Program-made: the position numbers and the translations under genes | Part shown: one piece after another, positions 12,499 through 25,530 of the stretch | Layout: the number at the start of each line of letters is the position of its first letter | How positions within the stretch are numbered: position 1 is the stretch's first letter | Assembly (NCBI GenBank): GCA_013265495.1 | Contig: MU057796.1 | Span: 372,001-436,000, forward strand | Source: Vicugna vicugna | Taxonomy: Eukaryota | DNA length: 64,000 nucleotides | Reading direction: 5' to 3' | Notes under the pieces: generated by a model | What the model saw: only the letters and a program-made list of their open reading frames with translations | The model's database searches: none | Told to the model about the DNA's origin: nothing

Positions 12499-13779
12499 CC
12501 CAGCCACCCAAGGGTAAAGTCGAAACTTACTTGCATGGCATACATGACCCTTAATGATCTGCCGTCTTCTGTCAGCTTCTGCTGCCTCCTGTGATGCACA
12601 TCTGGACTCGTCATGTTGAACCCCTGGCTATTCCCTAAGCCTACTGAGCCCCTGTATGTCTCTGCACCTTTGTGTGGGACCCCTTCCTCTTCGTATACTG
12701 TCTATTTCCTACTTATCATTTAGATGAACTCTTCTTGGAAGGTTTGGTCCTTCCAAGGAAGTATGGGTCCTTCTTCTCTGTCTCCATTGGGCTCAGTACT
12801 CCCTTCCAACCATAGCTCTTGTTGGATCACAAAGATTAAGTTGCTGGGTATTTCTCAGCTTGAGTTTTCCCGAAGCTCTACACAGTGTTCAAGAGAGCAA
12901 TGATGTCCATTCAGCAATAAAATAATTATTTAAGTTGTCAAGCAGCAAAATAATTCTCGAAGTTTTTCCTTCCCTTTAAAGTTGACTCATTGGAGAGTTT
13001 CCAAGTATGGACTGACGATCATGTGATGCAATACTGCAGAACAGTAACCACCACCCAGAGTCAGTTATTCAAATGGTTTATTTTTCAGCCAAACCCTACT
13101 ACCCATCTTTGTGGCAGTGGCCATTAAATAGCTCTAAATCATGTGTTTTTGTTATTATAGGCTATATTTTATTTAATTTAACTCTATAACAGGCTTCATA
13201 AATTCCGTGCAATATAAGGAAATGTGGTTTTGAATTCCAGTAAATTAATAGGGAGACACAAATGATGCTATGTCTATAAATTCACCTCAACATGAACTTT
13301 ATAAGAGCCATTAATCACACTCAGGTGATCAAATGTCTTAGGCTGAGCTTCAAGATAAAACTTCAAAATCAAATGTTAAAAAGGAGAAACCATACTGATG
13401 ATTATTTCCAATTGGATTTTTTATTTTTTGAGAATTAAGACTATCCCCACTCACAATATGTTATTTACAAAAATGTACTTGCAAATAGCAGTCCAAAACC
13501 TGCTGATTCTTTTTTTTAAATCACAAAAATACCAAATTACTGAGTATCAGATGCTGGAAACAGTTTTTGCCCTTTTAAATAGTATTTAACATGTAGTTAA
13601 GTTTTACTTTACATTTCAATATATATTCAATTCTCAAACGAAACATGTCATAATTAATTTTATGTATTGACAGAGTGTGTTTTTTCTTATGAAATTTAAA
13701 ATAAAATGAAACATTTGTAGCACGTGTTACATGGAAAACAAGTCAAAATTTGTCTGTAGTTGGTTTGAATGCTATTAAT

Positions 13780-14118
13780 GCTCTTTCTCCAGATAGTTGT
13801 ATGATTCATGGCATCATTTACTCAAAAGTCACATTTGCAGGAAAGCTTTTCCTGGCTGCTCAAGTTTAAATTGAGAGACATTCTCTATCACCCCTTCCTT
13901 AATCTTCCTTTTGTGGTTTGATTTCTCTTTAGCAGTTTTCTCTCTCTCACATATTATCAATTTTACTTTTCAAAAAAAATGCATTTCGTACCCATCTCCC
14001 TCGCTAGAATGTAAGCTCCAGGAAGGCACAGATCTTGTCTGCCGTAGACACAGCTGTATCTGTGGTGCCTAGGAAAGTGCTTGGCCTTTAGCAGGTACTC
14101 AGTAAACATTTTTGAAAA
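13780..14118 (+). mobile_element. LINE-2 3' end
   Basis: ctagaatgtaagctccaggaaggca...gtgcctag...caggtactcagtaaacatttttgaa. Confidence 0.85.
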
Positions 14119-14390
14119 AGAGAATTATAGGACAACTTTAGAATAACATTTTTAAAAATGTACCAATCTAGAAGATAATATTTCCTACTCAAACACATTT
14201 GTGTATATATATATAATATGTATAATTTCCATTTTAATATCTTTACATATGTGTCATATTTTATTTTTACAGGGGTTTGAAATGTTACATATTATTCTCA
14301 AAGTGTATCAAATGGGAAATATGCTAGAAAAAGCTCTATGTTGTAATGTTCTGTTTTCTTTAACTAGACTGAGTTTTCATGGTCAATGAT

Positions 14391-14571
14391 TTTTTTTTTA
14401 ATTGAAGTATAGTGTCCAATGTTGTGTCATTTCTGGTGTACAGCACAATATTTCAGTCATGCATGTACATACTTATATTCATTTTCATGTTCTTTTTCGT
14501 TATAGGTTCCTATAAGATATAGAATATAGTTCCCTGTGCTGTACAGAAGAAACCTGTCTTTTTTTTGAATC
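14391..14571 (-). mobile_element. Short cetartiodactyl-type L1 3' end with TSD
   Basis: Poly-T followed by aattgaagtatagt...; TSD core atggtcaatgat at 14379-14390 and 14579-14590. Confidence 0.85.
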
Positions 14572-15219
14572 AGTGTTTATGGTCAATGATATTTTTTCAC
14601 TGAACTTTTTTTTCTTTGTTTCCTTGGACCTAACTCATGGCTGGTGCTCAAAAATGGTTGTTAAATGAATCAATGGTGAAGTTTCAGAGGGAGACCAACT
14701 CAGGTTAGCATGAGAATGAATTCCCAGGACACACAGACATGGGGCCATGTTATAATACCTTTGCTATAAGCTTAATGTCCTAGCACATCTGTCACTGTGT
14801 CTGCAGACCAGTCATTAGTCACTCCTTGATCTCCTGTTTCCTCTTCCCTGTTCATTTCAACACTATAACCCAACGTCACTTATAGATGTACTCTTGAGAA
14901 GGCTTACCCGTTGCTGACTGTAGAAGTTACTGGACCAGGGGGAGATAGGAGTCGTGGTTACTCAAGGTACAAAGACAGTTGGGGTAAACATGAACAGAGA
15001 TGAAATGGAAAATGTACAGAAGTTGAATACAAAGTGAAAAGAAATGGAGTGGTTCGGTTCTTTTTGGTTAGGGAAAGAGCATCACTGGTACTGAACTCAG
15101 AGTGAAGGGAAGAAGGTGATTATCATTGTCTTGAGTCATCATAGCCACACACATGAGGGTCAAGTCATGAGTCACTACGTCTTTCACCTCTGTTTTTACC
15201 CACCCAGGACACAACTTAC

Positions 15220-15273
15220 ATTATTCTCAAAGAAGGAAAGAACCTTGGTGCTCTCATATCTTTCTGAGAACAC
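15220..15273 (-). other. Candidate 54-nt exon
   Basis: Acceptor tccccctaacacag|GTG and donor AAT|GTAAGT; phase-0 frame VFSERYESTKVLSFFENN. Confidence 0.3.
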
Positions 15274-15798
15274 CTGTGTTAGGGGGATTTTCAAACACAG
15301 TTACAGCATGAGTCACTGGTCTAGGCTTGAAAGAAGACAGGTAATTGTCGGTGCCGATAACCAGTAGATGTTGGTGAAGTCAAGCCTCTGTGTCTTGGAG
15401 CTGTTTATGTACCTCCGACCTCTTCCTATGCTCCCACTGTAGAGCTGTAGTTAGGTTATATTCTAACTTAAAGAATATAATCTTGAAATTTCACCATATA
15501 AATAGTGGACCATAGACAATAACCATTCTAGTTATTTTCTGTTTTTTTTTTTTTTTTTTACGAGATTTCCCCCTCAACCTTTATGATACATCGGTTTCTG
15601 CTCTCAACTGGACATGCAGGAAATAAGAGGGCAGTTACCCTGATTCAAAAAAAAAAATCATCCTTGCTTACCTTCTTTGTATAAATAACTTGGATGCACA
15701 ATGCTCTTCTTCCAAATTCTCAAGGAGCATTGTGAGGGGGTAATTAAAGCAGTCTGTTTCTCCAGCACGTTCTGTCTGTTTTTTCTTTTCGTTATTAG

Positions 15799-15861
15799 AT
15801 GTGATGACACATTTGCCTGTGTGGCTTCTCACAGATGGCACAGAAATTTTGTGATCAAATG
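15799..15861 (+). other. Candidate 63-nt plus-strand exon
   Basis: Long pyrimidine tract tctgtctgttttttcttttcgttattag| and donor ATG|GTAAGA. Confidence 0.3.
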
Positions 15862-17249
15862 GTAAGAGTAAACCAACTGTCGTCTCAGATCACAGCTTTC
15901 CGTGTTGCTTGCCATGTGTAGGAATCTCACTTTAATAAAATGCTTTTCTCTTTTAAAGTGGTATTACCTGGCATGCAGAAGATTTTAGGATAAAGTGAAG
16001 AAGTTTGAAAAGGCAACTGAAAATGTAAATTTCTACTTAGTTTTATGCCCTGTAAGTTTTGACTGTGATACAAAAGTGAATTAAAATTTCTGCACAGAAA
16101 AGTTGATTATTACAAAATAATCTATTAACTATTTGTTTGCAAATGGGGCAGAAATAATGAAGAGTTTGGATTTTTCTTGAATATTTGTGAATTGATAAAG
16201 AGAGATTGTGAAGTGTGTTTTATAGCTTTTATGATTGGTTCTAAATTAATTTGTATCATTAATAGGCACCAAAACCTAGACTCTTAAGCAAGACATTTTC
16301 TTTTTTGCCTACCAGAAACTGAATAGAAAATCTCCAGAAGACAAAAACTTTGTTATAGTAGGAATTTTAGCATTTATTAAATAAAGCTTAAAAAATTAGC
16401 TCTGACCTTCAGAACTTAAGGCATGTATGTAAAGACTACATATATATCATTTTGATTGTAAGAAGTATGAGAGTGAATCACCTTTAATGGTTTCTTTTGT
16501 GTTTTGGCCAAAGGGAGTAAGTAAGTGAAAGAGAAGAGACCAAAGGCATATTTAGCATGCAAGTCACGGCTAATACATAGGGTTGGAATGATAATTTGGA
16601 AAAAGAGTAGAAGACAGAAGCTGCCTCTCTGAGTAGTGAGGGGAATGGCTTTGGAGCTGAGAGGGTTGGGAAAGGTCGTCCAAAGCAGGGGTGTGGTCAG
16701 CAGGTGTTCGCATTAATGTCTATGGTAACTGCTCTGAAGCAAAAGAAGTTCAAGAGAAAGCATAGCTTGGAAAGTTTTAGATTCTAAAGCATGTGACTCA
16801 GAATTACATCAAGCAGCAATGGATAACAGATGCTAAGTACAGTGGAAGCAGTGGTTGGAAAAAAATGTGACATTTGAAATCTGTGTTGTGATTCACCACG
16901 AAGCAGCATACTGAGCTTTTGAACAAAGTCATTTAATCCCTGAGTCTCCGTTCCTACATGTGTGAAACAAGGGCTGGATTAGGTGGGCTATCAGATAGCT
17001 ACCAATCCAGAAGCTCTTAAATCACTGTAGAACCTGGATTTTATATTTTTAAAATCTTAGCTAATTTGATACAAGCAATGATTATGATGATTAAGAACAA
17101 TCTGATAGATGATTATGTTAAAATAACAATAGGAATTCATTTTTAAATATTATGGGAGGTTTCAACCCTTCGGTTGAAAAATATTGGAAGCCTTGGACAG
17201 CTCGACTTGAGAAACAGGAGCACTGGGTTATCAATTCTCTTGGTTTCCA

Positions 17250-17445
17250 CTAATCCAGGCTCAAACCCAACTTGTCCACGAACTACCTCTGTGAAGCTGA
17301 GAAATTATTTAACTTCTCCTATCTTTCCTTTTACCGCCTTTAAATTGGGTAATTTCTTTTACCTGAGTCATGAGGTTTTTATGAGGATTTAATGTAGCAA
17401 TGCAAGTAAAGTGGCTGGGTCATAATAAATGCTAGTTATTTTGAC
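17250..17445 (+). mobile_element. MIR SINE
   Basis: aggctcaaaccca...ctgtgaagctgagaaattatttaacttctc...gaggatttaatgtagcaatgcaagtaaagtg. Confidence 0.75.
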
Positions 17446-17854
17446 TGATTCTTGGAGTAGAGTATGCTCTTGCATTTTTGCTATTCCCCATGTAGTTGAA
17501 TTTAGATTTTGTATTTGTTTTAATGTTTTTATATGATTTACTCTAAGCACTGATTTTAATGACTGAGAGCAACTTGCTAGGATAAGTAGGTAAAAATCTC
17601 TCACATGTAGGCAATAGTTCATTATCTTTAGATCATGGATGTGGCATTTACAGAGTCTGTTTCTTGTCACTGTTTTCAATATACAAGCAGGGACTTAATG
17701 CTTCCAAGCCACTTTTTTTTCACTCAGTAAAGTAGGGAATGTGACAAACATTCTGGCTGGTTTTGTTTTGTTTTATTTTGGTGTTGTTTTTAGTTTAAAA
17801 TACTTACTGTTTCTGTGAAATATAATGTCTATGAAAGAGATACTTTCAGAATAA

Positions 17855-19390
17855 ACACTAGTTATGGCGTAGGGATAGACATATAGATTGATGGAATAGA
17901 GTTGGGTCAAGAGATAAACTCTCATGTTTACAAGGAAATGAACATATAATGTAATGTTTTTGAGAAGAGTGTCAAGACAAATTCAGTGGAAGAATAGTCT
18001 TTTCAACAAATGGTGCTGGGGTGAATGGATATTCACTGTAAAAGAATGAAGCTGGGCTTCCACTCGTATCTTATACAAAAATTAATTACAAGTGGATCAC
18101 ATACCAAAATATAATAGCTAAAACTATAAAAAAATTTAAAAACCTGGACATACGTCTCCGTGACCTTGGATTAGGCAATGGCTTCTTCAGTGTAACAGCA
18201 AAGCATAAGAAGAAGAAAAAAAAATAGATGAATTTGACTTCATCAAAATTAGAAACTTTTGTGCCTTAAAGGACACTGTTATAAAAGTGGAAGAACAGTC
18301 CACAGAATAGAAGAAAATAAAAGTTATAAATCTAATAAGGGACTGGTATCTAAAATATATGTAAAAAGTTCATGACAATAACAAGACAAGTAACATCATT
18401 TTAAAAGGAGGCAAAGGATCTGAATAGGGCAATGGTCAGTAAGCACAGGGGGAAAATGCACCTCATTAGCGACGAGGGAAATGTAAATGAGAACCACAAT
18501 GAGATATTGGATGGCTGTAATCACAAAGGCAGATAATAATGAGCGTTCATGAGAAGGTGGGACCTCTATACATCACTGATGGGAATATAAAATGATGCAG
18601 ACACTTTGGAAAACAGTCTAACAGGTCATTGAAAGTTAAACATAAGGTTACTATATAACCCAGCAACTTTACTCCTAGTTTTACATCCAATAGAAATGAA
18701 AACATATGTCCACATTAAACACGTGTAGGTGAATATTCATATAAGCATCATTCGTAATAGCTGAAAAGCAGAAATAAAACCAAATGTCCATTTGTTGATG
18801 GATACATAAATGTGGCATATCTGTAGAATGGAATACAGTTGACTTTTGAAAGACCTGGGTTTGAACTGCATCAGTCCACTTGTATGTGAATATTTTTCAG
18901 TAGTAAATACTACTGTATTACACAATCTGTGGTTGGTTAAATCTGCTGATGCAGAACTGTAGATATGAGGGGCCGACTATTAATTATATTTGGATTAATC
19001 CTGTATCATTCAAGGGTCAACTGTATTATTTAGCAAGAAAAAGAGATGGAGTACTAAAATACACTACAGCACTGAAGACTCTTGGAAACATTATGCTAAG
19101 TGAAGTAAATCAGTCATAAAACACTACATATTGTATGATTACATTTATGTAAAGTGTCCATAACAGTCAAATCTATAGACAAAATGGGTTATTGGTTGCC
19201 TAGGGTTTGAGGGATTGGGGAGAAATGGGGAGCGACTGTTAATGGTATGGAATTTCTTTTTGGGGTGGCGAAACCCTCTAAAATTAATTGTGGTGATTAC
19301 TGCACAATTTTGTGAGTATACTTGAACCACTGACTTGTACTCAAATGACTGAATTTTGTAGTATGTGGATTGCATCTCAATAAAATTGTT
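17855..19390 (+). mobile_element. Old L1 (L1MB-like), ORF2 3' region plus 3' UTR
   Basis: gaatagtcttttcaacaaatggtgctggg, gacttcatcaaaatta, ends tctcaataaaattgtt. Confidence 0.9.
18836..19023. mobile_element. Tc1/mariner Tigger2/MER8-like MITE nested in L1
   Basis: Terminal inverted repeats cagttgacttttgaa and ttcaagggtcaactg flanked by TA on both sides. Confidence 0.85.
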
Positions 19391-20761
19391 ACACAACAAA
19401 CACAGCCATGTAGAAACTAGGAGGAAAATAGGAAATGGGCCTGAAATATTTTTAAAATTCAAAATTAAAATATTTAAGAAAATAACTCTGGAAACATATT
19501 TTCTCTAACAAAATGTATACTATGAAATTAAAACTGAAGAAAATCTAGATCAATGAAGACATTTATTTTGAGTTTTTATTAACTGTCTCATGGTCAATTT
19601 TACTTTGTGCGTGTGTCAATGGCACTCATTTTGCCCTAAAAATATGATAGAAAACTTTTCATAGCATAGAATCATCAGAAATACCCACCCCTCCCTTTTT
19701 TAAGTTCGTCACATGATTTTTAAAGTCCTATTTGCCAAGACTATTTTCATCTCACGGAGCCTCAACTTTTCACCTGAATAGATGGACTGTATTAACGATG
19801 GGATTCTTTAAGAACTGTAATGTCGTTTCGGGCTAGTTGAAAGCTAACAATCCTCAACCATGATGCAGAGGGGTGGCGACTTTTGCAGGAAGCTCAAAGT
19901 CATAGTTCAGACTTTACAAGCTTTTATCGCATGGATATTAAATTTATTTCTATCTCTAGTAAGTAAGTATGTAAGATGGAAGAAAGGCGGCCTCGATGTG
20001 GGGAATTATTACAAATTCATCCCTCTGACGAAAAAAAAAATCAGTGAAAAAAAAAGCTCAGTGAAATAATTTCAGAAGAAGAATGACTGTGTATTATCAT
20101 TTCTATTTTGTGCAGTTTATAATGAAAAGAGATGCAGAGAAATAGACAGTGGCTCAAAGGAGAATATAAAAAATGTATAACTGAATTGGAATATAAGATG
20201 TAGGGAGAAATATTAAAGAAAATGTAATGACTAGCCTATAGAAGAATTGTACATAACCCCCAAAGTAGCAAGCACTTTGGTTCACGGCCTTTCAAGAACA
20301 CTGTGAAGCATCAACACTGAGATATTTTGAGCAACAAAGAGTCATTGGTCATATTCTAAGACTGGGTGAGTTATGGTCCAACCCAAGTACTAAAGATTCA
20401 GTACGTACTAAGTTACCTTACTCTCAAGGTAAGGTCTTATGTCCACAGAGGATTTTTGTTTTTCAAAAAGAAGCTACCCTTTCACTTCAGCAAAGTATGG
20501 ATGGATGGACCCACTGTGGACACAACCTAGTCTTCTCAGGGCAGGGCAAAACTCAGGCCTTTTTCAGCTTGTATCCTGAAGAAGTTTATCTTGATCCCAA
20601 TCCCCAACTCAACCTGAAGTGAACTGGCCTTGGATTTAAAGTTATTCCATTCTTTTCTTTACAGAATGGCTTTAGGGCCATGATTGTTCTCACTTGTTAG
20701 GAGTCGCCAGAAAGAAGATTTCTGACTTGCAGAGTTGGTGATTTTGTGCATTTCAACATAA

Positions 20762-21663
20762 CAGTAGGCAGAATCATGACCCCTTAACGATGACCTTCTC
20801 CTAACCTTCTACACCTGTAAATATTCCTGTGAATACCTCCCATGGAAAAAGAGATATTGCAGATGTAATGAAGTTAAGGGTCTTGAAATGGATAGATTAT
20901 CCTGGATTATTTGGGTGGGCCCAGTGGAATCAGGAGCTTTCTTCATTGGAGCATTGTCAGAGTCTGGGAGAGAGATTTGAAGATCTTGTGTTGTTGGCTT
21001 TGAAAATGCTGGAAGGGGCTATGAGACATGGAAGGCAGGCGGTCTCTAATGAACTGGAAATGTGAGGAAATCGATTCTCTGCTTGTGTTCATCTCCTCAG
21101 GCTGCCATAACACAATACCACAGGCTGGTGGCTTACACACAAAAGAAAATTTCTCATGGTTCTGGAGGCTACAAGTCCAAGATCAAGGCAATGGCAAGGT
21201 TTGTTTCTGATGAGGCTCCTCTGCTTGGCTTGTGGACAGCAACTTTTTCACTTTGTCCTTGTATGGCCTTTCCTCTGTGTGCATGTGGAGAGAGAAGGAC
21301 CTTTGGTGCCTCTTCCTTTTCTTATAAGGTCATCAGATCTATCAGATTAGGACCCCACCCCTGTGACCTCATTTAAACTTGGTTGCCTCCTCAGAGGCAG
21401 TATCTCCAAATACAGGTATGTGGTGGGGGCAGGTGGGTGGAGAGTGTCAGGGCTTCAACATAAGCATTTGAGTGGGGACAGAATTCAGTCAATAACATCC
21501 CTACAGTCTTCAAAAAAAAAAAAAATCCAGCCCTGCTGACACCTTGATTTCAACCCAATGAGACTTTTGGCTGTACAATTGTAAGATATTAAATTTGTGT
21601 TGTTTTAAGCCACTAAATTTGAGCCACTTAATTTGTTGGCAGCTAAAGTAGGAAATGAATACA
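20762..21663 (+). mobile_element. MaLR LTR (MLT1D-like) split by a second MaLR LTR
   Basis: gtaggcagaatcatgacccc...gattatcctggattatttgggtgggccc; 3' part gccctgctgacaccttgattt...tgttttaagccactaaattt...aatgaataca. Confidence 0.85.
21084..21497 (-). mobile_element. MaLR LTR (MLT1A/B-like) nested in opposite orientation
   Basis: ggctgccataacacaataccacaggctggtggctta...ttctggaggctacaagtccaagatcaagg...gggacagaattcagtcaataaca. Confidence 0.85.
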
Positions 21664-22481
21664 ACATTCTCATTAGTTTTAAAACTGACTCTCTTTCTGT
21701 GTGGCAGATTCACCATCATTAATGTGGTAACATAATACATGCCCACATTAACTGAAGAATCAATGTTCCACCCAGCCACCCCGCCTGCTCTATTGTGTAC
21801 TTCCACACACAAGTACACACACTGGCCTCTACAGATTTCCATTCTAAGATGTCTCAGGAACACTTGCAGGCCGAAACTAACTTCAGATTTTGGTAAACTG
21901 TCCAGAATTGGGAGGAGTCTATAAGCAACTCCTTCATGTGTGAGGAACTGAACATTTAGGCTGTTTTCCTAATAAATAGGGGATGACTTCATCAAGTAAT
22001 TCAGACAGAGACCTTCACAACTGTCCCTTTTTGATTTTTTTCCCTTGAATCTAGGCTTAGAAGATCTTGTCTAGGAAAACCACGCAGGTTCCAACTTGGC
22101 ATGACTGTGTGGACGGGCGACCGGAGAAGCAGGGATGCAGTGTCTTAGGGTCAATGTTGGTGATCACCTAGAAATCTTCAAGTGGGCTCCTTAGCCACAG
22201 AGGCAAAATGCTTTCTGTCACTCTCGAGTTCCCAGGAGTTACAGTAGAAAATAAAGTGTCCAGAGGGGAGGAATGGAAGTGGATTGAATAAGAGCTCTCT
22301 TGGGACAAAAAGGTAGAGACATCTCTTTAAAGGACTTATTCATGGTTTCTAGGGATACATGATTGATGGAACCCTGAGAAGAACAGTGGGTCTCTTTGAT
22401 ACGAATTCTTCAGCTACTTTGGTGGAAATTAAGGGAAAATACGGAGGTGCTGGGTTGCTTTGCTTTAAACCAACAGTATAC

Positions 22482-22534
22482 CTTGTGGAATCCTCTTATT
22501 AAGAGAACAACACTCAGATTTTTCTGGATCTGTC
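22482..22534 (-). other. Candidate 53-nt exon
   Basis: Acceptor ccctattctgtag|GAC and donor AAG|GTATAC. Confidence 0.3.
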
Positions 22535-23879
22535 CTACAGAATAGGGTATTCTGTCATCAATAGGTACCCAAAATACCGAGCACGACTAGATGGTGCTTG
22601 GCAATATTTTCCCTAATAGGGAATTTTAGGTTTGATGGGACTCACAGCACATTTTTCCAAATAGAGTCCAATTCAACTCTTTTGCCAGAATTTTAGCCCC
22701 AGATATCATAAATAACCATAACATTTATAATTTAAGTTTTATGTGTGGAATTTTTATCTGGGGACTAGGAAAATCTCTGTGAATTTGTAACTTTATTTGT
22801 TCAGGGTGTGATTTGTCTTTTCTATTGCTTTGTAGTTTGACTGTTCCTATGAGCTCCCAGGAGAATGTATGCTTCCTCATTAATTCAAGTCAGCAGAAGC
22901 TTCCTTCAAAGTTACAGATCACTTAGAATCTAATCTTGTGTCATTGTTTACATGATGTTGTTGGCTCATTTTACTATACTGTGAAGCCCAACAAAAAGAA
23001 TTACTTGCAAAATCATAGAAAATATTTTCTTAAAAAAAGTGTAGAATGGTATTTACCAAAGTGCCGCAATTTTTAGAAATAATTCATCTTTTAAAATGAG
23101 GAAACACCATATTCTTTTTTAAACTCCCACAGATTTGAACTCTGGACACAATTTTAGTCCATTTTAACTGTGGCATGCCACAATTTAGGCTGAGATGGGT
23201 ATTTAACAGAGAGGCTGTCACTGTGTGATACCCTAATATCCTCTCTTTATGTTTCTCTTTTATTGCAACTTTCGTCCACAGTTACTTGCACCTCCTATTT
23301 TTTGAGTATTTGGAAAATAACAAAGGATTTGTACTTGATATTCCAGTTGTAAGCACTTTGTTGTTTCTTTCTTTTAACTGGAATGGTCTAGCGGGGAAGT
23401 AACTTTTGGCTTTCATGTAGGTTGACCATGGCAAGAGATTGTGTGTCATGTTCATGTAAATGGTCCTGCCTGATAAAGGCAAGCTGAGTGAGGGTTATGT
23501 CACGTGAACTCAGATGGAAAAATTGTTGAATGAAACAGTTGTCTTAAAAGTTTCTTTTGTATTTAATTATTCACTTTACCTCACAATGGCGAACACAAAC
23601 ACCCAGCTAAAAAAATTTTCCCTTGAATTAGTCATTTTTCATATGGTGTATTTCAAAGGTGTTGAAGGCCATGAGAGGGGGAGGTAACGTTTAGTCTAGG
23701 CCCCCTAATTTCCTGGAAGTGAAGTTCTTAAAGTAGTCTGTGAATATAGTGCTACCTACTCCTTGGCCTCCTTTCTTCCTTTATCCCTTTTCTATCACTC
23801 TTCTTTAAATTCTGACTCTGCACTGGAGAATGTGCAGGTTATTTCCTCAGGATAACCTCTCATAGCTGTTTAAGATACA

Positions 23880-25200
23880 TTTTTTTCCCAGTTTCATTGA
23901 GATGTAATTGGCAAACAGCACTGCATAAATGAAAGGTGTACAAGTGTAGTGGTTTAACTTACATATGTTATAAAATGATTACCACAGTGAGTTTAGTTAC
24001 ATCCATCATCTAGCATAGATGCAAAATAAGAAAAAGAAGAAGAAAAAGTGTTTTTGTCCTTGTGATGAGAACCCTTAGGATCGGATCTCTTAACAAATTT
24101 CAGATAAACCACAGAGCCACGTTAACCACAGTCATCATGTTGTACATCATATCCCCAGCACCTACTTATAACTGGAGGTTTGTACCTTTCGACCACCTTT
24201 ATCTAATTTCTTTTTTGACCCTTACCCTCTACCTCTGGTAACCACCAATATGATCCCTCTTTTTCTATGAGTTTTGTTTGTTTGTTTACGATTCCACATG
24301 AAAGGGAGATCATACAGTATTTGTCTCTCTCCGTCTTATTTCACTTATCACTATGCCCTCAAAATCCATCCATGTCGTCCCAACGGCAAGATTTCCTTCT
24401 TTTTTATGGCTAAACAGTATTCTGTTGCCTACATATATTCTATATCTCTTTATCCTTTCACTTGTTGATGACCAGTAAGAGTGTTTCCCTGTCTTGGCTA
24501 TTGTGAACAGTGCTGCTATGAACATGGGGGTGCAGATATCCCTTTGACATAGTGTTTCCATTTCGTTCAGGTATATTCCGAAAAGTGGAATCACTGGATC
24601 ATATGACAGATCTATTTTTAATTTTTTCAGGAACCTCCATGCTGTTTTCCATAGTGGCTACCAATTTACAACCCCACCAACAGTGCACAAGGGTTCACTT
24701 TTCTTCAGCATCCTTGCTAGCATTTGTTATCATTTGCCTTTTAAATACAGCCATTCTGACAGTCATGAAGTGGTATCTCACTGTGGTTTTGCTTTGCAGT
24801 TCCCTTATGATTAGCGCTGTTGAGCACCTTTCCTTGTACCTCTTGACCATTCATATGTCTTCTTTGGAAAAATGTCTATTTGCTTCCTTTGCCCAATTTT
24901 AATTGGAGTATTATTATTATTTTGCTATTGAATTATATTAGATCTTTATATATTTTGCCTATTAGCCCCTTATCAGATAATATGACCTGCAAATATTTTC
25001 TCCCATTCAGTAGGTAGCACTTTCATTCATTTGATGGTTTCCTTTGCTGTGCCTTTTAGTTTGATGTAGTCACTCTTGTTTATTTTTTATATTGTTGCTT
25101 GTGCTTTGGGTATAATATCCCCCCCCCAATCATTGTCAAGACCTATGTCAAGGAACATTTTTCCTATGTTTTCTTTTATGAGTTTTACGATTTCTAGTCC
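23880..25200 (-). mobile_element. L1 (L1MA-like) 3' 1.3 kb
   Basis: Minus ORF 24310-24594 resembles the L1 ORF2 C-terminus ([16 protein letters not shown]); L1 3' UTR and T tail at 23880. Confidence 0.92.
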
Positions 25201-25289
25201 AAAATATATTTTTAATAAAATGTCCCACCAATAAGATTGGGATTTATTGTTAAGGTTATTTCCTTTAGTTTTGAAAACTCTGGAATTAT

Positions 25290-25530
25290 AATGCTGATGA
25301 AAATGATCATGATTTTCATTTATTGAACGTTTATGAGGAACTAGGCATCCTGCCAAGGATTCTTTGCAGATCACCTCACACTATCCCCTCAACAAGCTTG
25401 TGATATACATGCTATTACTATTTCTATTTTGCTATTTGGGAAACTGAGGATTGGAGAGATTAAGTAATTTGCTTAAGATTGTGTAGCTACATTGGGTTAT
25501 AATTGGGATTTAAACCCGAAGTGAGTGGTT
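25290..25530 (-). mobile_element. MIR SINE
   Basis: catttattgaacgttta...gggaaactgaggattggagagattaagtaatttgcttaag...gggatttaaacccga. Confidence 0.85.

Noticed and set aside
12734..12757. 9-bp inverted repeat cttggaagg/ccttccaag
   Set aside because: It is isolated, lies in decayed L2-like sequence and is compatible with chance or a local micro-inversion.
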